This document shows, in pieces, positions 54,001-64,000 of a stretch of 64,000 nucleotides of DNA. The stretch is from assembly GCF_009914755.1 (NCBI RefSeq), contig NC_060933.1; one strand, given 5' to 3'. The stretch is from the human T2T-CHM13v2.0 reference genome, Homo sapiens. The position numbers were made by a program, and so were the translations under genes. Every line of letters begins with the position of its first letter. Position 1 is the first letter of the stretch. The notes under the pieces were generated by a model. It ran no database searches and was not told the origin of the DNA. It saw nothing but the letters and a program-made list of their open reading frames with translations.

Positions 54001-57000
54001 TTCTTTCCATTCCATTCAAGTTGAATTCATTCCATTGCATTCCATTCCATTCCATTCCCCTGCAGTCTGGTTGTTTCCATTCCATTCCATTCAATTCCGT
54101 TCCGTTCCATTCCATTCCATTCCATTCTATTCGGGTTAATTCCATTCCATTCCATTCCTTTCCATTCCATTCCATTCCAATCGAGTTGATTCCATTCCAT
54201 TCCATTCCATTCCATTCCACTCCATTCCAGTCCTTTCCATTCCATTCCACTCGGGTTGATTCCAATGTATTCCTTCCCATTCCATTCCATTCCATTGCAA
54301 TCGAGTTGAATCCATTGCTTTGCATTCCGTTCTATTCCATTCCATTCCGGATGATTCCATTCCATTGCATTCCATTCCATTCCATTCCCCTGCACTCGGG
54401 TTGATTCCATTCCATTCCACTCCATTCTGTTCCATTCCATTCCATTGCATTGTATTCGCGTTAATTCCATTCCATTCCATTCCATTCCATTCCATTCCAT
54501 TACAATCGAGTTAATTCCATTCCATTCCATTCCATTCCAGTCCTTTCCATTCCATTCCTCTCGGGTTGATTCCATTCTATTAGTTTCCATTCCATTCCAT
54601 TCCCTTCCATTCCACTCTGGTTGATTCCATTCCTTTCCATTCCACTCGAATACATTCCCTCCTATTCCACTCGGAACGATTCCATTCCATTCCACTCCAT
54701 TCCATTCCATTCTATTCCATTCCATTCCATTTCGTTCCATTACATTCTATTCCGTATCATTCCATTCCATTCCATTGCATTCCATTGCATTCCATTCCAT
54801 TCCATTGTACTCGGGTTGATTCAATTCCATTGCATTCCATTCCATTCCATTCCATTCCATTCTGTTGCATTCCATTCCATTACATTCGGATTGATTCTAT
54901 TCAACTCCCTTACTCTCCATTACATTCCATTCCATTCGGGTTGTTCCATTACATTCCATTCCATTCCACTCCATTCCATTGCACTCGGGTTGATTCCATT
55001 CCATTCCATTCCATTCCATTCCATTCCATTCCATTCCATTCCGGATGATTCCATTCCATTGCATTCCGTTCCATTACATTCCCCTGCACTCGCGTTGATT
55101 CCATTCCATTCCATTCCATTCCATTCAATTCCATTCCATTACAATTCGTTCCATTCCATTCTATTCCGTACCATTCCATTCCATTCCATTCCATACCATT
55201 CCATTCCATTCCATTCCATTCCATTCCGTTCCATTCCGTTCCATTCCATTCCATTCCATTCTATTCGAATTAATTCCATTCCATTTCATTCCATTCCATT
55301 CTATTCCATTCCATTGCAATCGAGTTGAATCCATTGCATTTCATTCAATTCCATTCCATTCCATTCCATTCCGGAAGACTCCATTCCATTGCATTCCATT
55401 CCATTCCATTCCCCTGCACTCGCGTTGATTCCATTCCATTCCATTCCATTCCATTCCATTCCATTCCATTCCATTCCATTCCATTCCATTCCGTTCCGTA
55501 CCATTCTATTCTATTCGGGTTAATTCCATTCCATTCCATTCGATTGCAATCTCGTTGATTCCATTCCATTCCATTCCATTCCATTCCATTCCTTTCCATT
55601 CCATTACGGATGATTCCATTCCATTGCATTCCATTCCATTCCATTCCCCTGTACTCGGGTTGATTCCATTCCATTCCATTCCAATCCATGCCATTCCACT
55701 CGTGTTGATTCCATTCTTTCCATTCCATTCAAGTTGAATCCATTCCATTGCATTCCATTCCATTCGATTCCATTCGATTGCACTCGGGTTGATTCCATTC
55801 CATTGCATTCCATTCCATTCAATTCCATTCCATTCCATTCCATTCCGTTCCATACCATTCCATTACATTCGGATTGATTCTATTCAATTCCCTTACACTC
55901 CATTACATTCCATTCCATTCGGGTAGTTTCCATTCCATTCCATTCCATTCCTCTCCATTCCATTGCACTCGGGTTGATTCCATTCCATTGCATTCCATTC
56001 CATTCCATTCAATTCCATTGCGTTCCATTCCATTCCATTACATTCGGATTGATTCTATTCAACTCCCTTACTCTCCATTACATTCCATTCCATTCGGGTT
56101 GTTCCATTCCATTCCATTCCATTCCACTCCATTCCATTGCACTCGGGTTGATTCCATTCCATTCCATTCCATTCCATTCCATTCCGGAAGATTCCATTCC
56201 ATTACATTCCATTCCATTCCATTCCCCTGCACTCGTGTTGATTCCATTGCATTCCATTCTATTCCATTCCATTCCCTTCCTTTCCGTTCCACTCCATTCC
56301 ATTCCATTCCATTCCATTCCGTTCCGTTCCATTCCATTCCATTCCATTCTATTCGGGTTAATTCCATTCCATTCCATTCGATTGCAATCGAGTTGATTCC
56401 ATTCCATTCCATTCCATTCCATTCCATTCCATTCCATTCCATTCCTTTCCATTCCATTACGGATGATTCCATTCCATTGCATTCCATTCCATTCCATTCC
56501 CCTGTACTCGGGTTGATTCCATTCCATTCCATTCCAATCCATGGCATTCCACTCGTGTTGATTCCATTCTTTCCATTCCATTCAAGTTGAATCCATTCCA
56601 TTGCATTCCATTCCATTCGATTCCATTCGATTGCACTCGGGTTGATTCCATTCCATTGCATTCCATTCCAGTCGATTCCATTCCATTCCATTCCATTCCA
56701 TTCCATTCCGTTCCATTCCATTCCATTACATTCGGATTGATTCTATTCAATTCCGTTACACTCCATTACATTCCATTCCATTCGGGTAGTTTCCATTCCA
56801 TTCCATTCCATTCCTCTCCATTCCATTGCACTCGGGTTGATTCCATTCCATTCCATTCCATTCAATTCCATTCCGTTCCATTCCATTCCATTACATTCGG
56901 ATTGATTCTATTCAACTCCCTTACTCTCCATTACATTCCATTCCATTCGGGTTGTTCCATTCCATTCCATTCCATTCCACTCCATTCCATTGCACTCGGG

Positions 57001-60000
57001 TTTATTCCATTCCATTCCATTCCATTCCATTCCATTCCGTTCCGTTCCATTCCATTCCATTCCATTCTATTCGGGTTAATTCCATTCCATTCCATTCCAT
57101 TCCATTCCAATCGAGTTGATTCCATTCCATTCCATTCCATTCCATTCCACTCCATTCCAGTCCTTTCCATTCCATTCCACTCGGGTTGATTCCAATGTAT
57201 TCCTTTCCATTCCATTTCATTCCATTGCAATCGAGTTGATTCCATTGTTTTGCATTCCATTCCTTTCCATTCCATTCCGGATGATTACATTCCATTGCAT
57301 TCCATTCCATTCCATTCTCCTGCACTCGGGTTGATTCCATTCCATTCCACTCCATTCCGTTCCATTCCATTCCATTCCATTGTATTCGGGTTAATTCCAT
57401 TCCATTGCATTCCATTCCATTCCATTCCATTACAATCGAGTTGATTCCATTCCATTCCATTCCATTCCAGTCCTTTCCATTCCATTCCACTTGGGTTGAT
57501 TCCATTCTATTAGTTTCCATTCCATTCCATTCCCTTCCATTCCACTCTGGTTGATACCTTTAATTTCCATTCCACTCGAATACATTCCCTCCTATTCCAC
57601 TCGGAACGATTCCATTCCATTCCATTCCATTCCATTCCATTCCATTCCATTCCATTCCATTGTACTCGGGTTGATTCAATTCCATTGCATTCCATTCCAT
57701 TCCATTCCATTCCATTCCGTTGCATTCCATTCCATTACATTCGGATTGATTCTATTCAACTCCCTTACTCTCCATTACATTCCATTCCATTCGGGTTGTT
57801 CCATTCCATTCCATTCCATTCCACTCCATTCCATTGCACTCGGGTTGATTCCATTCCATTCCATTCCATTCCATTCCATTCCGGATGATTCCATTCCATT
57901 GCATTCCGTTCCATTACATTCCGCTGCACTCGCGTTGATTCCATTCCATTCTATTCCATTCCATTCAATTCCATTCCATTACAATTCGTTCCATTCCATT
58001 CTATTCCGTACCATTCCATTCCATTCCATACCATTCCATTCCATTCCATTCCATTCCATTCCGTTCCATTCCGTTCCATTCCATTCCATTCCATTCTATT
58101 CGGATTAATTCCATTCCATTCCATTCCATTCCATTCCATTCTATTCCATTCCATTGCAATCGAGTTGAATCCATTGCATTTCATTCCATTCCATTCCATT
58201 CCATTCCATTCCGGAAGATTCCATTCCATTGCATTCCATTCCATTCCATTCCCCTGCACTCGCGTTGATTCCATTCCATTCCATTCCATTCCATTCCATT
58301 CCGTTCCGTTCCATTCCATTCCATTCCATTCCATTCCATTCCGTTCCGTTCCATTCCATTCCATTCCATTCTATTCGGGTTAATTCCATTCCATTCCATT
58401 CGATTGCAATCGAGTTGATTCCATTCCATTCCATTCCATTCCATTCCATTCCATTCCTTTCCATTCCATTACGGATGATTCCATTCCATTGCATTCCATT
58501 CCATTCCATTCCCCTGTACTCGGGTTGATTCCATTCCATTCCATTCCAATCCATGCCATTCCACTCGTATTGATTCCATTCTTTCCATTCCATTCAAGTT
58601 GAATCCATTCCATTGCATTCCATTCCATTCGATTCCATTCGATTGCACTCGGGTTGATTCCATTCCATGGCATTCCATTCCATTCCATTCCATTCCATTC
58701 CATTCCGTTCCATTCCATTACTTTCGGATTGATTCTATTCAATTCCCTTACACTCCATTACATTCCATTCCATTGGGGTAGTTTCCATTCCATTCCATTC
58801 CATTCCTCTCCATTCCATTGCACTCGGGTTGATTCCATTCCATAGCATTCCATTCCATTCCATTCAATTCCATTCCGTTCCATTCCATTCCATTACATTC
58901 GGATTGATTCTATTCAACTCCCTTACTCTCCATTACATTCCATTCCATTCGGGTTGTTCCATTCCATTCCATTCCATTCCACTCCATTCCATTGCACTCG
59001 GGTTGATTCCATTCCATTCCATTCCATTCCATTCCATTCCATTCCATTCCATTGCATTCCATTCCATTCCATTCCCCTGCACTCGCGTTGATTCCATTCC
59101 ATTCCATTCCATTCTATTCCATTCCATTCCATTCCATTCCATTCCATTCCATTCCTTTCCGTTCCATTCCATTCCATTCCATTCCATTCCAATCCATTCC
59201 ATTCCGTTCTGTTCCGTTCCATTCCATTCCATTCCATTCTATTCGGTTTAATTCCATTCCATTCCATTCGATTGCAATCGAGTTGATTCCATTCCATTCC
59301 ATTCCATTCCATTCCATTCCATTCCTTTCCATTCCATTACGGATGATTCCATTCCATTGCATTCCATTCCATTCCATTCCCCTGTACTCGGGTTGATTCC
59401 ATTCCATTCCATTCCAATCCATGCCATTCCACTCGTGTTGATTCCATTCTTTCCATTCCATTCAAGTTGAATTCATTCCATTGCATTCCATTCCATTCCA
59501 TTCCCCTGCAGTCTGGTTGTTTCCATTCCATGCCATTCCATTCCGTTCCGTTCCATTCCATTCCATTCCATTCTATTCGGGTTAATTCCATTCCATTCCA
59601 TTCCTTTCCATTCCATTCCATTCCAATCGAGTTGATTCCATTCCATTCCATTCCATTCCATTCCACTCCATTCCAGTCCTTTCCATTCCATTCCACTCGG
59701 GTTGATTCCAATGTATTCCTTCCCATTCCATTCCATTCCATTGCAATCGAGTTGAATCCATTGCTTTGCATTCCGTTCTATTCCATTCCATTCCGGATGA
59801 TTCCATTCCATTGCATTCCATTCCATTCCATTCCCCTGCACTCGGGTTGATTCCATTCCATTCCACTCCATTCCCTTCCATTCCATTCCATTGCATTGTA
59901 TTCGCGTTAATTCCATTCCATTCCATTCCATTCCATTCCATTCCATTACAATCGAGTTAATTCCATTCCATTCCATTCCATTCCAGTCCTTTCCATTCCA

Positions 60001-62954
60001 TTCCTCTCGGGTTGATTCCATTCTATTAGTTTCCATTCCATTCCATTCCCTTCCATTCCACTCTGGTTGATTCCATTCCTTTCCATTCCACTCGAATACA
60101 TTCCCTCCTATTCCACTCGGAACGATTCCATTCCATTGCACTCCATTCCATTCCATTCCACTCCATTCCATTCCATTTCGTTCCATTACATTCTATTCCG
60201 TATCATTCCATTCCATTCCATTCCATTCCATTCCATTCCATTGCATTGTACTCGGGTTGATTCAATTCCATTGCATTCCATTCCATTCCATTCCATTCCA
60301 TTCTGTTGCATTCCATTCCATTACATTCGGATTGATTCTATTCAACTCCCTTACTCTCCATTACATTCCATTCCATTCGGGTTGTTCCATTACATTCCAT
60401 TCCATTCCACTCCATTCCATTGCACTCGGGTTGATTCCATTCCATTCCATTCCATTCCATTCCATTCCATTCCGGATGATTCCATTCCATTGCATTCCGT
60501 TCCATTACATTCCCCTGCACTCCCTTTGATTCCATTCCATTCCATTCCATTCCATTCAATTCCATTCCATTACAATTCGTTCCATTCCATTCTATTCCGT
60601 ACCATTCCATTCCATTCCATTCCATACCATTCCATTCCATTCCATTCCATTCCATTTCGTTCCATTCCGTTCCATTCCATTCCATTCCATTCTATTCGAA
60701 TTAATTCCATTCCATTTCATTCCATTCCATTCTATTCCATTCCATTGCAATCGAGTTGAATCCATTGCATTTCATTCAATTCCATTCCATTCCATTCCAT
60801 TCCGGAAGACTCCATTCCATTGCATTCCATTCCATTCCATTCCCCTGCACTCGCGTTGATTCCATTCCATTCCATTCCATTCCATTCCATTCCATTCCAT
60901 TCCGTTCCGTACCATTCCATTCTATTCGGGTTAATTCCATTCCATTCCATTCGATTGCAATCGAGTTGATTCCATTCCATTCCATTCCATTCCATTGCAT
61001 TCCATTCCATTCCTTTCCATTCCATTACGGATGATTCCATTCCATTGCATTCCATTCCATTCCATTCCCCTGTACTCGGGTTGATTCCATTCCATTCCAT
61101 TCCAATCCATGCCATTCCACTCGTGTTGATTCCATTCTTTCCATTCCATTCAAGTTGAATCCATTCCATTGCATTCCATTCCATTCGATTCCATTCGATT
61201 GCACTCGGGTTGATTCCATTCCATTGCATTCCATTCCATTCCATTCCATTCCATTCCATTCCATTCCATTCCGTTCCATACCATTCCATTACATTCGGAT
61301 TGATTCTATTCAATTCCCTTACACTCCATTACATTCCATTCCATTTGGGTAGTTTCCATTCCATTCCATTCCATTCCTCTCCATTCCATTGCACTCGGGT
61401 TGATTCCATTCCATTGCATTCCATTCCATTCCATTCAATTCCATTGCGTTCCATTCCATTCCATTACATTCGGATTGATTCTATTCAACTCCCTTACTCT
61501 CCATTACATTCCATTCCATTCGGGTTGTTCCATTCCATTCCATTCCATTCCACTCCATTCCATTGCACTCGGGTTGATTCCATTCCATTCCATTCCATTC
61601 CATTCCATTCCCTTCCTTTCCGTTCCACTCCATTCCATTCCATTCCATTCCATTCCATTCCATTCCGTTCCGTTCCATTCCATTCCATTCCATTCTATTC
61701 GGGTTAATTCCATTCCATTCCATTCGATTGCAATCGAGTTGATTCCATTCCATTCCATTCCATTCCATTCCATTCCATTCCTTTCCATTCCATTACGGAT
61801 GATTCCATTCCATTGCATTCCATTCCATTCCATTCCCCTATACTCGGGTTGATTCCATTCCATTCCATTCCAATCCATGCCATTCCACTCGTGTTGATTC
61901 CATTCTTTCCATTCCATTCAAGTTGAATCCATTCCATTGCATTCCATTCCATTCGATTCCATTCGATTGCACTCGGGTTGATTCCATTCCATTGCATTCC
62001 ATTCCATTCCATTCCGTTCCATTCCATTCCATTCCGTTCCATTCCATTTCATTACATTCAGATTGATTCTATTCAATTCCCTTACACTCCATTATATTCC
62101 AATCCATTCTGGTTGTCTCCATTCCATTCCATTCCATTTCACTCCATTCCATTGCTCTCGGGTTGATTCCATTACATTCCATTCCATTGCATTCCATTCC
62201 ATTCCATTCCGGATGATTCCATTCCATTGCATTCCATTCCATTCCATTCCCCTGCACTCGGGTTGATTCCATTCCATTCCATTACATTACATTCCGTTCT
62301 ATTCCATTCCATTCCATTCGGATTGATTCTATTCAATTCCCTTACACTCCATTACATTCCATTCCATTCGGGTAGTTTCCATTCCATTCCATTCCATTCC
62401 TCTCCATTCCATTGCACTCGGGTTGATTCAATTCCATTCCATTCCGTTCCATTCCATTACATTACATTACATTACATTCCGTTCCATTGTACTCGGGTTG
62501 ATTCCATTCCATTGCATTCCATTCCATTCCATTCCATTCCATTCCGTTCCATTCCATTACATTCGGATTGATTCTGTTCAACTCCCTTACTCTCCATTAC
62601 ATTCCATTCCATTCGGGTTGTTCCATTCCATTCCATTCCATTCCACTCCATTCCATTGCGCTTGGGTTGATTCCATTCCATTCCATTCCATTCCATTCCA
62701 TTCCAATTCTTTCCATTCCATTCTATTCCGTACCATTCCATTCCATTCCATACAATTCCATTCCATTCCTTTCCACTCCGTTCCGTTCCGTTCCGTTCTG
62801 TTCCATTCCATTCCATTCCATTCCATTCTATTCGGTTTAATTCCATTCCATTCCATTCCATTCCATTCCATTCTATTCCATTCCATTGCAATCGAGTTGA
62901 ATCCATTGCATTCCATTCCATTCCATTCCATTCCATTCCATTCCGGAAGATTCC
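48091..62954 (-). promoter_or_regulatory. Series of 7 perfect heat-shock-element matches (attccggaagattcc) in block 3
   Basis: Starts at 48091, 49504, 50336, 52742, 56181, 58208 and 62940; degenerate copies (attccggaagactcc) at 55368 and 60799. Confidence 0.6.
50870..61680 (-). repeat. ~5.45-kb tandem duplication (copy 1 ~50870-56330, copy 2 ~56330-61680), each a dimer of ~2.5+2.9 kb sub-units
   Basis: ttccgttacac 51290/56751, ctggttgatacctttaatttcc 52081/57547, tgcagtctggttg 54061/59507, ccggaagact 55371/60802, aattccattgcgtt 56011/61437 (offsets 5426-5466). Confidence 0.92.
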
Positions 62955-64000
62955 ATTCCATTGCATTCCATTCCATTCCATTCCATTCCATTCCATTCCA
63001 TTCCATTGTACTTGGGTTGATTCCATTCCATTGCATTCCATTCCATTCCATTCCATTCCATTCCATTCCGTTCCATTCCATTCCATTACATTCGGATTGA
63101 TTCTTTTCAACTCCCTTACTCTCCATTACATTCCATTCCATTCGGGTTGTTCCATTCCATTCCATTCCATTCCACTCCATTCCATTGCACTCGGGTTGAT
63201 TCCATTCCATTACATTCCATTCCATTCCGGATGATTCCATTCTATTGCATTCCGTTCCATTACATTCCCCTGCACTCGGGTTGATTCCATTCCATTCCTT
63301 TCCATTCCATTCGATTCCATTCCATTCCCCTGCACTCGCGTTGATTCCATTCCATTCCATTCCATTCCATTCCATTCCATTCCATTCCTTTCCGTTCCAT
63401 TCCATTCCATTCCATTCCATTCCGTTCCGTTCCATTCCATTCCATTCCATTCTATTCGGGTTAATTCCATTCCATTCCATTCGATTGCAATCGAGTTGAT
63501 TCCATTCCATTCCATTCCATTCCATTCCATTCCATTCCATTCCATTCCTTTCCATTCCATAACGGATGATTCCATTCCATTGCATTCCATTCCATTCCAT
63601 TCCCCTGTACTCAGGTTGATTCCATTCCATTCCATTCCAATCCATGCCATTCCACTCGTGTTGATTCCATTCTTTCCATTCCATTCAAGTTGAATCTATT
63701 CCATTGCCTTCCATTCCATTCCATTCCCCTGCAGTCGGGTTGATTCCATTCCATTCCATTCCATTCCATTCCATTCCATTCCATTCCATTCCGTTCCGTT
63801 CCATTCCATTCCATTCCATTCTATTCGGGTTAATTCCATTCCATTCCATTCCATTGCATTCCAATCGAGTTGATTCCATTCCATTCCATTCCATTCCAGT
63901 CCATTCCAGTCCTTTCCATTCCATTCCACTCGGGTTGATTCCAATGTATTCCTTTCCAATCCATTCCATTCCATTGCAATCGAGTTGATTCCATTGCTTT

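Larger units (their letters stand above)
1..64000. repeat. Human satellite 3 (HSat3 / Satellite III) array, (CATTC/GGAAT)n with interspersed A(C/T)TCGGGTTG decamers; probably chr9 9q12 heterochromatin
   Basis: The pentamer repeat runs from base 1 to 64000 with no non-satellite interruption. Recurrent GCACTCGGGTTGATTCC / GGAATCAACCCGAGTGC is the classical Sat III signature, and the HSat2-type CATTCGATGATG pattern is absent. The chromosome assignment is inferred from pHuR98-like units and internal strand switches. Confidence 0.98.
28470..64000. repeat. HSat3 variant domain 'B' (spans junction 2; also bases 1-~1850), irregular ~2.5-2.9 kb higher-order unit
   Basis: Diagnostic words: ggagagtaagggagttgaa, ggaatcgttccgagtggaataggagggaatgtattcgag (~29089, 30108, 31691, 34341, 36044, 36703, 39324, 40822, 41491, 43038; reverse at ~48700, 52112, 54648, 57578, 60094), ttcaacttgaatggaatggaaagaatgg, ggaatacattgg, ggaatcttccggaat, (ggaac)n runs. 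Confidence 0.8.
45976..64000 (-). repeat. HSat3 block 3: CATTC on + strand (GGAAT on minus)
   Basis: From attccgttccattgtactcgggttg at 45976 to the window end. Confidence 0.97.

Noticed and set aside
1-64000. Hundreds of ORFs (MEWNG / IPFHS repeats, up to 372 aa)
   Set aside because: These are the expected translation of a stop-free 5-mer (15-nt/5-aa period) in all frames on both strands. There is no domain, codon or splice evidence.
1-64000. CRISPR-like repeat/spacer pattern (recurring CAACCCGAGT with variable spacing)
   Set aside because: The 'spacers' are themselves GGAAT runs of variable length, there are no cas genes, and this is eukaryotic satellite DNA.
1-64000. Assignment to HSat2 or to the Y-chromosome DYZ1 3.6-kb repeat
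   Set aside because: The CATTCGATGATG pattern of HSat2 is absent, CAACCCGAGT is abundant, and there is no constant 3.6-kb period.
63986-64000. Window end (gattccattgcttt) identical to window start, suggesting a circular molecule
   Set aside because: The same word recurs in B units (e.g. 51782 and reverse copies at 32051, 37070, 43405), so the match is explained by the repeat.

Overview
The whole 64 kb is one uninterrupted human satellite 3 (HSat3 / Satellite III) array. It consists of (CATTC/GGAAT)n punctuated every few dozen bases by the classical A(C/T)TCGGGTTG decamer and its variants. I found no genes, transposons or unique DNA, and every ORF in the track is an artefact of translating a 5-mer (MEWNG / IPFHS). 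Repeated ~160-bp units resemble, from my memory of it, the pHuR98-type Sat III unit, which points to the human 9q12 heterochromatin array; this is not verified by alignment and a great-ape orthologue is not excluded. The structure lies in the variants. (1) There are two base-pair-resolvable strand switches, at 9854/9855 and 45975/45976, each with a CC microhomology and a short-loop hairpin. (2) Two variant 'dialects' are arranged B>A | A<B | B>, so each junction has the same dialect on both sides, which fits a fold-back / inverted-triplication history better than a simple inversion. (3) Nested tandem duplications of about 3.85, 5.3 and 5.45 kb, 444 bp and smaller are present. (4) A perfect three-unit heat-shock element, gGAAtcTTCcgGAAt, occurs 17 times by manual count, only in dialect B and in none of ~26 kb of dialect A. 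(5) A unique divergent island of ~0.5 kb abuts junction 2. All coordinates were read by eye, so domain and duplication boundaries are approximate.
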